A stretch of DNA of 64,000 nucleotides from the human T2T-CHM13v2.0 reference genome, Homo sapiens (GCF_009914755.1 NC_060942.1); one strand, 5' to 3'. Shown: positions 28,723-45,806, numbered from the stretch's first letter. Notes: generated by a model not told the origin, from the letters alone. Program-made: numbers and translations.

Positions 28723-30851
28723 GTGGCAGAATCTTTTAACTTTACTTGGAAACTAAATCATGGCCATCCTGTCCTCAGCCACCTTCTTAGACTATCAGTG
28801 TTAACTTATCAGTTCTAAAATGTTGGTGGATACCAGGTCAAAGAGGTATTTCTCTTCCCTGTTTGATTTGTAGCTCCACATCAGCTTTGAAAGTGAGTGT
28901 TCTTGGAAGCTGTACACCAATGTTCGTATTAAGCTTATTAAGTGTGTTTAATATTTCTGGCTCACTAAGCTTACACAGATTAATTCCTTGAGTCTAGAAA
29001 ATGTTAACTTATGATCTTGTATTTATGATGCACTTTCCATCTCCAAGTAGATTTTATGTCATCACCACAACCAAAACCTGTCACTGCAAGAAGTGTTGGC
29101 AGAACAAGCTGCTCCAAAATTTACATATATGCAAACTTCCTGCTTCCTTTCCAGCTCACTCTCTGGGGGTCAGCAGAAGGTCCTAAGATGCCTGAGCACT
29201 TGTATAACTCTGCTTTATTTGTGCAGGTGTGTATTTGGAGGGTGGGGGCTTGGGATGGAGAGGACAACCTCCCTATCCCCAGAGCCACCATTTGTGTGAT
29301 CCAGAACATGCTCTGGATGATATGGGATCAGAGATGCAGTGATAGGCTGTATCAGGATGCAGAGCTTTCCTATGATGGAGACAGGAGACATTAGGATCAT
29401 CTTCACTAGCTGTCTCAGCATTGCCTTGGAGGTCATTGATGTGCAACTGCTGGAACAGTCATAAACATGGCTGTGCATACAATGCCCCATTTGTCATGCT
29501 CAGTTTATCTGAAGGTGGTCCTCACTTTAGTCTGACCACTGTCCAACTTAAAAGACACTAAAAAATGCAAGCTTTGGTTTTTCTTAAAATTATTATTAGA
29601 GAAAAAATACAGATACAAAGTTCTTAAGGAGGAAGCAATTGCATTTGTTGTCTAACATGAAATATGAATATGAATTATCTTATGTAATATTTTAAATTAT
29701 GTGTCTTTCTGGCTTCTTCCCATTATGGCAGATAATTAACAGCAACAGAAAAAATACAAACTTAAAACTTTAACCTCCTAGAACGCAAAGTTTGGCCTTG
29801 GGTTTCTTATACCCTTGGATGGCCCTATCCTTGATGGAATCATACAAATAGCTGCTTGGGTGGACAGAAGTTTGCTTCAGTGAATTCTGCTCTCTTGTGT
29901 CTATTACAAAATGTCTTCCTGAATTTTTGAGTATTTCTCTGTTATGAAATCCCCGGGTTTTGTGGATTTATAGATTTTTTGACTGCTCACCAACTCTTTT
30001 CTGCCTGATCTCAGGTACTTACATCCACATATTGTGTTTATACTGCTATTGTAGTTTTAGACCTTTGACTCTGCTTTGACCATTTGGACATTTTTCCAGG
30101 TTCTGGTCCACTTGTGCTCTGAATTTGGTTCCCCCTTCTAGCCTTCAGCATGCTTGGCTAATTTTTTGTTGGCCTACATCTGAGAATCCATTGCCTAATC
30201 CAGTGTGGCACATAGTAGGTGCAGAATAATTGTTGAGTGGCAGATAAGACTGAACACTATACACAGTGATACTACATTTTTGGTGTTTATAATATATTTT
30301 ATAATAGAAATATAGATGTGTTCTCATATAACAAATGATGGGTTCCTGAGTGACTTAAGGGAAATGATTCAGTCATTCATTTACCACATAGATGCTGACC
30401 ATCTGTGTGGGTTCTAGGTATTCAACATAAATGATACTTACAAAGCCCCCATTTTGATAGAGCAGACAAGATTATACAGTAAGGGTTTTTCTCAGAAGAG
30501 TACTGTATCATTTATAAGAAAGGAAGTTGTGTATCCTTCCATTTATACAGCAAAAGTAGTTTGTAAGTCTTAACTTCCGTCTTTGACTATTGGAAATTGT
30601 ATAAAAAACTGACGTAAATACCGAATTTTATCCAATCACATTTAATGGAAAATTATCTAGAAACAAAATTCCTCTTTAAACTCTTCAAAATTTCAAACAA
30701 AATTTTAAATACAATCACTTTTAACCTCCTGATGATCAGTTAAGGCAAATTGGTAAGTCACAAATAACAGAATTTTATTTTTCAATTTTTAGTTTCATGA
30801 TGTTTCTTGCTCTGTATGACAGGAATACTATCATACATATGGTTAACTGTT

Positions 30852-33282
30852 TGTATGTTAATCTGTTCTCACATTGCTATAAAGAGCTATCTGAGGCTGG
30901 GTAATTTATTAAAAAAAGAAGTTTAATTGGCTCATGGTTCTGCAGGCTATATGGGAAGCATGGCTTGGGAGGCCACAGAAACTTACAATCCTGCAGAACA
31001 TGAGAGGGAAGACAGCATGTCCTACGTGGCTGGAGCAGAAGAGAGAGAGCAAAGGGAAAGGTGCTATACACTTTCAAACAACCAGGTCTTGTGAGAATTC
31101 CATCATGAGACAGGACTGGAGGGATGGTGCTAAACCATTAGAAACTGCCCCCATGATACCATTATCTTCCACCAGGCCCCACCTCCAACACTCAGGATCA
31201 CAATTCAACATGAGATTTGGTTGGGAACATAGAACCAAACCATATCATTCTACCCCAGCCCCTCCCAAATCTCATGTCCTTCTTACATTTCAAAACACAA
31301 TCATGCCTTCCCAGCAGTCTCCCAAAGTCTTAACTCATTCCAGCATTAACTCAAACGTCCAAGTCCAAAGTTTCATCTGAGGCAAAGCAAGTTCCTCCTG
31401 CCTATGAACCTGTAAAATAAAAAAAAAGTTGGTTTCTTTGAAGATACAATGGGGGTACAGGCATTGTGTGAATTATCCCATTCCAAAAGGAAGAAATTGC
31501 CAAAACAAAGGGGTACAGGTCCCATGTAAGTCTGAAACCCAGTGGGGAAGTCATTAAATCTTAAAGCTGCAAAATAATCTCCTTTGACTCCATGTCTCAC
31601 GTCCAGGCCTCACTGACACAAGGGGTGGGAGTCTAAGGCCTTGGGCAGCTCTGCCCTGTGCCTCTGAAAGGTATGCCTCCTATGGCTGCTTTGACAGGGT
31701 GATATTGAGTGCCTATTGCTTTTCCAGGCATATGGTGCAAGCTGTTGGTAGATCTACCATTCTGGGGTCTGGAGCACAGTGGCTCTTCTCTCACAGCTTC
31801 ACTAGGCAGTGCCCCAATGGGCACTTTGTGTGAGGGCTCCAACCCCACGTTTGCCTTCTGCACTGCCCTTGTAGAAGTTTTTCATAAGGGCTCCATTCCT
31901 GCAGTAGACTTCTGCCTGGACATCCAGGTGTTTCCATACTTCCTCTGAAGTCTAGGTGGAGACTTCCAAGCCTCAACTCTTGCCCTCTGTGTACCCGTAG
32001 GCTTAAAACCATGCAGAAGCTGCCAAGGCTTATACCTTGCACTCTTTGGAGCAGTGGCCTGCGATGTATCTGGGGTTCCTTAACCATGGCTGGAGCTAGA
32101 GCAGCTGGGATGCAGGGCACCTTGTCTTGAGGCTGCACAGAGCAGCAGGGCCCTGGCCCTGGCCCTGGCCCTGGCCCACAAAACCATTTTTCCCTCCTAG
32201 GCATCCAGGCCTGTGACGGGAGGGGCTGCTGTAATGGTCTTTAAAATGACTTGGAGGCATTTTCCCTATTGTCTTGGCTATAAATATTTGACTCTTCTTT
32301 ACTTATGCAAATTTCTGCAGGCAGCTTTAATTCCTTCCCAGAAATGGGTTTGTCTTTTATACAACATGGACAGGCTGCAAATTTTCCAAACTTTTATGCT
32401 GTGCTTCCCTTTTAAGTGTAAATTCCAGTTTCAGATAATCTCTTTGTGCATGCATATCAGTGTATGCTGTTAGAGGCGGCTAGGCCAGGCCACATCTTGA
32501 ATACTTTGCTGCTTAGAAATTTGTTCACCAGATACCCTAAATCATCTCTCTCAAGTTCAAAGTTCTACAGATCCCTAGAACAGGACACAATGCACCAGTC
32601 TCTTTGCTAAAGCATAGCAAGATTGACCTTTATTAAGTTCACAATAAGTTCCTCATCTCCATCTGAAACCTCCTTAGCTTGGACTTCACTGTCCATATCA
32701 CTTTCAGCATTTGGTCAAAATCATTCAACAAGTCTCTAGGAAGTTCCAAACTTTCCCTTATCTTCATGTCTTCTACTGAGGCCTCCAACCTGTTCCAGCC
32801 TCTGCCTGTTACCTAGTTCCAAAGCTGCTTCCACATTTTCAGGTATTTTTATAGCAATGCCCCACTTCTCTTGTACCAATTTTCTGTATTAGTCTGTTCT
32901 CACATTGATATAAAGAACTACCTGAGACTGGTAGTTTATTTAAAAGTCATATTTAATTGGCTCATATTTCCACAGGCTGCACAGGATCTATGAATGGGGA
33001 GGCTTCAGGAAACCTACAGTCATGGTGGAAGTCTATGGGGAAGCTGGCATGTCCTACATGACTAAAGCAGGAGGAAGAGAGAGAGGAAAGTGGGAGGTGC
33101 TACACACTTTCAAACAATCAGATCTTATGAGAATTCTATCACAAGACAGCATGGGGGGATGGCACTAAGCCATTAGAAACCATCTCTATGACACAATCAC
33201 CTCCCACCAGGCACCACCTCCAACACTTGGGATCGCAATTCAACATGAGATTTGGGTGGGGACATGGAGGCCAACCATACTT
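30852..33282 (-). mobile_element. Complete MaLR element (MST-type): LTR ~30852-31247, internal ~31248-32884, LTR ~32885-33282
   Basis: Two related LTRs (tctgttctcacattg...caattcaacatgagatttgg) flank ~1.6 kb of MST/THE1 internal sequence. Confidence 0.87.
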
Positions 33283-35349
33283 ACTGAATAACCATACCAT
33301 TATTCAGTAAGAATAATGTTGCTCTTAAAAACATGTTTAGGATGCACATCAGCAAGATGGTGAAATAGGACTCTCCAGTATTTATCCCCCTACAGAAACA
33401 TCAATTTGAATAACCACCAATTCATGAAACTACCTTCACAAGGATTAAGGAATCCAGGTAAGAGATTTCAACACTTGGATGTAGCACAGAAATGAGAAAA
33501 GACACATTAAAGAGTATAGGAAAGACAGTTTTACATTACCCACATCACCCCTTCCCCAATCCTCGGCAGCACAATGCAGAGAGAGATAATGCATGGAGGA
33601 AGGAGACGGAAGTAAGCATTGAAGTTTACCTGACATCCCAGTGCAACTAGCTTGCCATAGCAAAGCCCAGCACTACGCAGGCCCTCATTGCTCCAGATTC
33701 CAGGCCAATACCTGAGGACTGAGTAACCAGACTTGCCCAAGGGACAGGCCAGATCTGGAAGCCGCAGGCTTAAAGCCTGTGTAACAGACCTAGGGTCTAG
33801 AACTGTCCCTCTGGACTCCAGTGTTGGACTGGCTTCCATGAACCCAGGCTCCAGGATTGTCTTTGTGTATCTGAGTCCCAGGCTAGTCCTCAAGCCCCCA
33901 GGACCCAGGTTATCCTGTGAAGAATTATCCTCTAGCACACTCAGCCTCCAGGAAAGCACCAGAGGACACAAGGCCCATGCTAGTTTCTGTCACCCAAGGG
34001 TCCAGGCCAGCCACAGTGGCTCTAGGTACAAACAAGTGCTCATTATTCTGGACTTCAGACTAGCCTTAGTGAGCCCAGGCTCCATGCTGACCACAGCACC
34101 AGCATCCAGGCTGTTTCTTCTGTCCCAGGCTCCAGAAGACCCAGGGTCTAGGCTTACTCCAGGATATCAAGGGTCCAGGCCCACCTCAGTAGATTCCAGT
34201 GTGTGCAATACTTTGTGGACTGAGGCTCCAAGACCACTCCTGCAGACCCAGGCTTCAGGCCAGCTCCCATGGACCCAGGACCAAGACCTTCCCCAGTGGA
34301 CTCAGGATCCAGGCCAAACTATGGGAACTAAAGGCTCAGATGTACCCACACAGATTGAGGCTCCAAGCCCAAACCAGTGGACCAAGGTGTCAGTCCCATC
34401 TCAGTGTTTGGCCATTCTTTGAAGACTCAAGCTCACAGACTATCCCAGTGCCAGGTTGGCTGGCCCTGGTGGACCCAGGCTTAGGCTGGCCCTGTGGCTG
34501 CAGGCTTCAGGCTTGTCCTCATGGACCTGGGCTCCAGTTAGATCTTTGGGGACTCAATCAACAGGTCAACCCCATTGAATCTATACTTAAGGGCCAACTC
34601 TCAGGACTCAAGCAACAGACCTGACCACTCATTGACTCAGCACCAGGCCAGCCTTACTGAGGACTCCAGCAGCAAACCTGCCCAATGGCCTGCCCAGAAT
34701 CTCTGAATGGAATAACTGGTGAAGGACTTTCCCAGAGAAAGCCAGTCTGCAAAGACTGGAAAATTATCTGCTTCTTCAAACACGCAGACATCCAGGTAAG
34801 ACAACAACAAACATAAAAAACCAAGGAGACATAACACTACCAAAAGAACAAAATAACTTCCCAGTAGCTGACTCCAAAGAAATGAAGATGGAAGAACTGG
34901 CTGACAAATAATTCAAAATAAAAGTTTGAAAAAAATCAAGGAACCTAAAGAAAGCACAGAAAAACAATCAATGAAAACAGAAAAACAATAAATGATGAAA
35001 ATTGGAAATTTAACAGAGACTGAAATTATTAAAAAAAAAAAATCAAACAAATTCTAGAGCTGAAAAATACAATGGATAAAATAAAAATGCAGTAGAAAGC
35101 ATCAACAGCAGAATTGATCAAACAGAAGAAAGAATCTGTAAACTTGACAGATTATTTGAAAATATACAGTCAGAGAAGAAGAAAAAAATAAAAGGAAGAA
35201 ACAATGGTTACAGGGTTTATGGAAAAGTATAAAAATTCAATGTATAGAAGTTTCTGAAGAAGAAAGAAAAAGGAACAAAAAGCATATTTTAAGATATAAT
35301 ATCAAAAAACCTTCCAAATTTGGAGAAAAATATAAGTATCCAGATATAA

Positions 35350-37385
<2,036 letters not shown>

Positions 37386-38929
37386 ATTTAGTCCAAACAA
37401 ATCTACAAAAGGCCATAATATAATCAAACTGTCAAAAATAAAAAGAGAGAATAGTGAAAGTAGCTGGAAAAAATAAGGGATTAACAAAAAGAGAGTTCTA
37501 GTAAGTCCTCAGAGTGTTCATAGCCAAGATCTTAGAGGCCAGAGAGAGTGAGATAATATATTCAAAGTACTGAAAGATTAAAAACTGCCAAATAAGAATA
37601 CCAAATATGACAATGCTATCCTTGAAAAATGGAGGGATAAAAAATTTTCCAGACAAAGAAAAACTGAGGGAGTTCATTATGAGCAGACATATCTTATAGG
37701 AATTGCTAAAGGGAATTAATTATTCAATGTGAGAGAAAAAGATGCTAATGGGCAACACAAAATATATGAAAGTATAAAACTCACTAGTAAAAAATAATAA
37801 CTACAATAATTTGTTAAGGAATATACAACATAAAAAGATGTAAATTATGACATCAAATATTTAAAATGTGGGGACATAGATTAAAAGTGCAGAGGTTTTC
37901 AATGCAGACAGAGTTAAACTGTTATCAGCTTAAAATAGCCTAATGTAAATATAAAATATTTTCTATAATCCTCATTGTAAATACAAAGCAAAAACTTAGA
38001 GTAGATACACAAAGGAAAAAAAGTAAAGAATCAAAGCATGTGACTACAGAAAATCATTCACAAAGGAAGACAGCAAAAGAGGAAGAAAGGAATGAAAGAT
38101 CTACAAACAACTGAAAACCAATTAACAAAATAGTGGTAATAAGTCTTTATTGATTAATAGTTACCTTGAATATAAATGGATTACATTTTCTAATCATAGA
38201 CATAGATTGACTGAATGGATAAAAATAAACAAGATCTAACTATATGCTGTCTACAAGAGACTCACTTCACCTTTAAGGACATAGACTGAAAGTGAAGGGA
38301 TGGGGAAAGTTATTGCATGCAAATGGAAACCAAAAGAGAGCATGAATAGCTATACTTATATCACATAAAATAGGCTTTGAGTCAAAAGCTGTAAAAAGAG
38401 ATGAGGAAGGTTATTCTATAATGATAAAAGGATCAATTTATGAAGAAGATATAACAATTATAAACATATGCATCCAATGTCAGAGCACCTAAATATATAA
38501 ATATGAACAAATCTGAAGGGAGAGATAGACAGTAATACAATAATATTAGAAGACTTCAGTACCCCACTTTCCTCCATACAGAAAATCAATAAGGAAACAG
38601 AATTAAACTAAATCTTAGATCAAATGGACCATTCAGAACATCCCATCCTCCAGTTACAGAATACATATTTTTCTCAGGCATAGAAATTTGAGAACATTGA
38701 AATCATAGTAAGTATCTTTACCAACCACAATACTTGAAACTGTAATTCAGTAACAGGAGGAATTTTGGAAAATGCCCAAATATTTTAAAATTAACCGACA
38801 TACTCCTAAACACTCAAGAGATCAATGAAAAAAATTTATTAAGAAGTATGTTGAGGCAAACAAAAATAGAAAAAAAAACATAACAAAACTAATGTATGGG
38901 ATGCATATAAAAAGCACTTCTAAGAGTAA

Positions 38930-39225
<296 letters not shown>

Positions 39226-42200
39226 AAGAGTGAAGTTTATAGCAATAAACACCTACATCAAAAAAGAAGAAAGCTCTCAAATAAACACCCTAATGTAATA
39301 TCGCAAAGAACTAAAAAGACAAGAACAAAGCTAAGCCCAAAATTAATAGAAGGAAGGAAATAATAATAATCAGAGCAGAAATAAATGAAATAGAGATTAG
39401 AAAACAATAGAAAAGATCAACAAAAGTTAGAATTGCTTTTAAAAAATTATACACAAATGATAAACCTTTAAAGGCTTAGAAAAAAGTGGAAAGATGCAAA
39501 TAAAATCAGAAATGAAAGAGATTTTACAACTGATACCACAGAAATACAATGCATCATAAGATACTGCTAAGACCAATTATAGACCAACAAATTGGATAAC
39601 CTAGAAAAAAACTGATAAATTTCTAGATACGTATAATCTACCAGGATAAATCTACGATGAAGAAACAGAAAATCTGAACAGACCAATGGTGAGTTAGGAG
39701 ATTGAATTAGTAATAACAATTCTTTTATCAAAGAAAAGCCCAGAACCCAGTGGCTCTACAGCTGAATTCTACCAAATATATAAGGAAGGACTACTACCAA
39801 TTCTTCTCATACTTCCAAAAAAACTGAAGTGGAGGAAATACTTTCAAACTCATTTTAGGAGGCCAGGATATGGAAATACTAAAGCCACACAAGACCACTA
39901 CAAGAAAAAAAATTATAGATGAATATCCTTGATGAGCATAGATGCAAAAATCCTCAAAAATTACTAGCAGACTGAATTCAATAGCACATGTAGTTGATCA
40001 ATTGACATAATGAAATAGGATTTATCACAGGGATGCAAGGATGGTTTAATATATGAAAATCCATAAATATGATAAATTTTATTATCAGAATAAAGGACAA
40101 TGATATGATTATCTCAAGAGATGCAGAAAAAGCGTTTGAATAAATTCAACCTGATTTCATGATAAAATTTCTCAATAAATTAGGTACAGGACTGTATTTT
40201 AACATAATAAAAGCCATCTATGACCAACCCACAGCTAAAATCATATGCAATTATGAAAATTTAAAACTTTTCCTCTAAGAATAAGACAAAAATGCCCACT
40301 CTTTTATTCAGTTTGGTACTAGAATTCCTCGTCAGAGCAATTATGCAATAGAAAAATGTAAAAGCCTTCAAAATCAGAAAGAAACAACTTAAATAGTCTC
40401 GTTTGCAAGTGACATGATATTTTATATAGAAAACCCTAAAGATTCCACAAAAAAATCTGTTAGAACTAATGACTTCAGCATAGTTGCAGAATACAAAATC
40501 AACATACAAAGTATTAGTAGTGCTTCTATGTACTTACAAGCAACCACCTGAAAAAGAAATCGAGGAAACAATTTCATTTACAATAGTTCAAAATATACTT
40601 AGGAATGAATTTAACTAAGGATGTGAAAGACATTGAAAAAAATTGAAGTAGACAGAAAGCAATGGAAGGATGTACCATTTTCATGGATTGGGAGAATTAA
40701 TATTGTTAAAATATTCATACTTCCCAAATTTATCTATGGTTTCAATTCAATACCTACCAAAATTTCTTTAAAAATCCTAAAATATGTATAGAACCACAAA
40801 AAACCTAGAATAGTCAAGCAATTTTGAACAAAGAGAACAAAGCAGGAGGCATCACACTACTTAACTTCAAAATATCTTAAGAATCAATATTAATCAAAAT
40901 GGCATGGTACTGGCATAAAAACAGGCACATAAAGAAGTAGAAGAGAATACAGTCCAGAAATAGATCCAGATATTTATGGCCAAATAGCTTTTAACAAAGG
41001 GCCAAGAACATTTAATGGGAAAAGGACAGTCTCTTTAATAAATTGTTTTAAGAAACCACATACACATGCAGAAAAATGAAATTAGAACCATATCTTACAC
41101 CATATGAAAAATCAATTCCAAATAGATTACAGGTAAGACTTAAAACTGTAAAACAACTAGTAGAAAACAGAGGGGAAAAGTTTCATGATATTGGTTTGGG
41201 CAATAATTTTTTGGTTATGAAATCAAAGGCAACAAAAGCTAAATTAGACAAATGAGACCATATGGAATTAAAAAGCTTCGCACAAATGAGAATCACCAGA
41301 GTGAAGAGACAAATGGGAGAAAATATCTGTAAAGCATACATCTGAAAACGGATTAATATCCAAAATATATAAGGAACTGAAAAACTGAATAACAATAAAA
41401 CAAATAACCCAATTAAAAATAGGCCAATGATCTGAATAGACATTTGTCAATAGAAAACATGCAATATCAATAATCATTTGAGAAATGCCAACTAAAACCA
41501 CAATGAGCTATCACCTCACTCCTGTTAGAATGGCTTTTTGTCAAAAACGCAAATGATAACAAGTGTTGACAAGAACGTTGCAGAAAAAGGCTTATTTTAC
41601 TCTGTTGGTTGGATTATAAATTAGCATAGACATTATGGAAAACATCATAAAGATTCTTCAGAAAATTAAATACAGTACTGCCATATGATTTAGTAATTCC
41701 AGTTTTGAGTATATTTCCAAAGGAAATAAAAGCAGTTATGTTGGAAAGATATCTTTATTCCCACGTTCATTGCAGCATTATTCACAATAATCAAAATACG
41801 GAATCAACCCATCTATGTAATAATGAATGACTGGATGAGGAAAACGTGCTATATACATGCACAGTAGAAAACTTACTATTCAGCCTTTAAAAGGAAGGAA
41901 ACTCTGTCATTTATGACAGCATGGTAAACCTGGAGAACGTTATGTTGAGTGAAATAAGCCATGCAGAGAAAGACAAATATTGCATGATCTCTCTTATATG
42001 TGGAATCTAGAAAAGTTGAACTCATATAAATAAAGAGTAAAATGGTGGTTACCAGGAGCCGGGATGTGAGAGGGAGTTGAGGAGATGTTGGTCAAAGGAT
42101 ACAAATTTCAGTTAAACAGGAGACATGAGTTCAGAAGGTCTATTTTACAACATGGTGACTATAGTTAATGCATTTTATTTTTGAAAATTGCTTTGCAGTG

Positions 42201-44357
42201 TTCTTACCACAAAAAATTATGTGAGGTAATGTATATATAAATTAGCTCTACTGACTCATTCCACTATGTATACATATTTCAAAACAACATGTTTTACAAC
42301 ATAAATGTATACAGTTTTTATTAATTAAAAATACATTTAAAAACAACATTTAATGAAGAAGATTTTTTCACCTAAAGATGTGTGTTTTGGACAATTCTCT
42401 TTTTCCTCTTTTGAGTCAACTTTATAGAGGCATAATTAATTAAAATAAAATGTAAGTGTGTAGTTCAGTGATTTAAGACTGTTTTCCAACATGGTTGCAC
42501 CTTTTGTATTTCCATCAGCAGTTTGTGAGAGTTCCAGTTGCTTCACATTCTTTTCAAAACTTGCAATGGCCCAGTATTATAAGTTTTAATTTTGGCCATC
42601 ATAATTGGTACAAAGTGGTATTCCATGAGGAGGAGTTTTGAAAGCACTTAAATTTTGCATTTCTTATGAAACTTTTAATTTAGTCATTTATTTTATATGA
42701 GCAGGGACTCGTATTCTGTTTTACTCAATAGATTTTAATTCATTATTTAAAAAATCAAGACAAAAAATTTGGCTTTCCCTTCAGTGTCTCTTGCAGATGG
42801 CTACAATGCAGGGGCAACTGGTTTTCTGGTGGGCCTAGAATGTATGTAAATATTTCAATTCTCCTAACAAAATATCAACTATGCCCTCTCCTCTATAAGA
42901 ATCTAATGCTTATGAGCTTTGTCTTAACATTTTCATTATTAAAAAGTACCTTCTTTTAAACCCAGAAAAATTAATAATAGTTGAAGGATATGGTCTAAAG
43001 TGATTCTAACAATCAGTTCTTCAAAACTATCCACTCTACCATTTTCAGCTTCATTGAATCATTAGAAATTAATCCTCACCTATTGGACAGAATTTGAGCT
43101 TTATAATTCCTTACAATTTATCATTTTAAAGCATACTTCAAAATCATAGGTCCTGGCCCAAACTTCTGACCTCTTCATCTTTCTCATAAACTCAATACCA
43201 TCCTTATTTGACCTCAGTAAGTATTGTAATGCACATGTGTTCTTCAAGACTATTACATCCTTCTTTGCTTTCTTTCCCCAGCTGTATTCACTGAACAGAT
43301 TGTTGATGTTATACACTCTCTGGCTAGTCTGTCAATTCCCTCGACAACTTGACCAAGTCTCATAGTTAAGTGGTGAAACATTTGTTTCCTCTGCCTTCAT
43401 CTTGGACTGCTGAATCTTGCTGAAGAAAACTTCAACCTTGTTCAAATTCTCTAAAACTTATGTTTTATGAAACCAGGTGGGATTCAGTACTGACTGGGAA
43501 GAATCTATGGGAGTAAATATGGAACCCTAAGAAAAGCTACTTTCTGGAAAATAAAAATGATCAATTCCTGATCTTTACACATGCTGATATACTTCAAGGT
43601 CAATTCTAGATTCTTCTTTCTTCTAACTTTATCCTTTCTCCCTAGTATCTTATTTTTGCTTTTAGCTACAACTACCATATTTATCCCAATGACTCTAAAG
43701 TATTTATATTGAATATCACAAATTTAGAGCTTCAGATCATATTCTGTTTCTGAGATTTAGACTAATATCTTCAAGTGCCTGCCAGGCAAATCCATTTGAA
43801 TATTAAAAGTACCTTAATTCATCAAGTACAAATTTAAACCCAAAGTCTTTTTTTCTCTCAGAAACAAGATATTCTTCCATCCATCCAGTCAGATAGGTCA
43901 GCAACTTAGATGTCTTTCTGTAACTATTATTTCCTAAATAATTCCCCCAGGCTCTTTCTTTCTCTCCATTTCCACTCCCAATACTCTAATGATTTCCTAA
44001 TTTATATATGGTAACCACACTGTTCTTTCCTCGCATCCATTGATATCAGCGTAGCCAGAGATGTATTTTCTAGATGTGGATATGATAATTTTATGCCCCT
44101 CTTTGACAAACAACCATCAAAGCCTGTAATGAGTTTCTTATCCCTTTAGCATAAAATAGGAAGTTCCTATGTGGTTTACAAGGCTCCTCCTGTTCTGGGA
44201 TATGCCTTCTACTCCAGGCTCATCATGAACTACTCTGTTTTTAATTTTCCTTTATATATGATTAATATATCTCTAAATTATCTTTCCTATGTGTAACTGG
44301 ACACTTGCCCTTTCCAGAGAGAAAACAGGTAAAGCAAAAATGATTTTATGTCATTAT

Positions 44358-44363
44358 TTTATT
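44358..44363 (-). terminator. SERPINB4 polyadenylation signal
   Basis: AATAAA on the - strand ~440 nt after the stop; conserved in SERPINB3 at 62296-62301. Confidence 0.75.
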
Positions 44364-44800
44364 GATGATGTGTTTTATAGAATCACAAAATTTAGAAACA
44401 TAAGAAGGATTTAGGTATCACCTAAATTCAAAGAAATGTGTGTTTCTAGGTTGCTAAATTTGAAGAGAAAGTATGATTTGGTTTGGTTCATTTAAAACAG
44501 GTCAGAAACAGAATTATATTTCAAATTTAGAAGACACGGTATTAAATGATTCATCTTATCTTGGACATTTTTCCTCAAGGGAAATTTTTCTGGAAGGAAA
44601 AGTACATTTATATGTGGGCTTATTAAGAGAAAGAGAGAAAGGCATGCTATTTTAATCATTAAATTCTTGATGATGACTATCATCATCAAGATGAGATAGA
44701 AAAGAAATATGAGCCAAGAGAATCTGTTGTTGCCAGCAATCAGTTTACCAGAACACCTCTAGGTGAACATTTTCTAAATGGAGTGACAGACTAATTGCAT

Positions 44801-45205
44801 CTATGGGGATGAGAATCTGCCATAGAAGAGGATGCTGTTGGTCTTATTTTGCCTTATGAAGAATAGGAAAGGGTGATTACAACAGAACTCTTCATTAGTT
44901 GAAGGAGATGATAATTCGACTACTACTACAGCGGTGGCAGCTGCAGCTTCCACTCCCTCCTCAGTGACCTCCACAAAGGCCTTGTGTAGGACTTTAGATA
45001 CTGAGAGACCGTGGCTCCAGGTCATGCCTGAGAGGTCTGCATCCCCATTGAAGATATTCACCATTCCCATGGTTCTCAACGTGTCCTTGAGGTCATAGCT
45101 CTCTTCCATTTTGAACCGAGGTAAGTGTAAATCGACACATGTCTCTCTCATATTCTGCAAACTTGTCCATTCCATCAATTTCTCAGCAGTGAGTTTCTCT
45201 TCAAG
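44801..45205 (-). CDS. SERPINB4: SERPINB4 (SCCA2) exon 8 coding part with RCL
   Basis: tatag acceptor; [13 protein letters not shown]...[32 protein letters not shown]...GRFSSP-stop; VVELSS RCL is diagnostic of SCCA2. Confidence 0.97.
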   Translation of the reverse strand, partial: LEEKLTAEKLMEWTSLQNMRETCVDLHLPRFKMEESYDLKDTLRTMGMVNIFNGDADLSGMTWSHGLSVSKVLHKAFVEVTEEGVEAAAATAVVVVELSSPSTNEEFCCNHPFLFFIRQNKTNSILFYGRFSSP

Positions 45206-45806
45206 CTATACAAATGGAAAAAAGAAACTGATATGACTAACTGTCGATCTCTAATACACCTTAACAATGAATTGACTATGTGGAGATTCGTTATTTTGGC
45301 AATAAATGTGAAATACAGAAGGTTCACTTTAATAGACATTATTATTCTAATAGGTAAAATATGAGTCCTGAATATATAAATACATTGGGTTATATGTGTA
45401 TATGTATATACATGTATGTAAAAACAGAATCATGTTTTTACGTATATGTATATGTGTACATATGTATGTATACAACTGTATGATACACATGTAAAATATG
45501 ATTACATTATTTTGTACACAATGAACTGTATGTATCACTATTTCTTGTGCCAACAGCCTACTACATGTGTCAATTTTTAATAGGCTCATCATATTTTTCT
45601 GTATACATTATTTAGTACACATTGCAATTATTAAATTGTAATTCCCTAAATTCCTAAATTTGTATTCCCTTTTCTACTCGGCCTATTTGTAAACTTTCCT
45701 CACATTGGTATATATTTCTCCCAGTCAAGTTTAAATTGCTGCATAATAATATCATCAAATTGATATCCAATGCATGTAACTCTAATAAATTAATCATTAA
45801 CTAAGC

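Noticed and set aside
30934-32473. Several 75-148 aa ORFs
   Set aside because: Translations of MaLR LTR and internal sequence
33733-34624. 229-aa and 141-aa ORFs as a possible novel gene
   Set aside because: They lie in the GC-rich, internally repetitive 5' UTR of the old L1; no recognisable domain or exon structure, and ORFs overlap on both strands
43101-43316. 71-aa ORF conserved at 61039-61254
   Set aside because: Conservation follows from lying inside the ~99.5%-identical tract; no independent sign of coding
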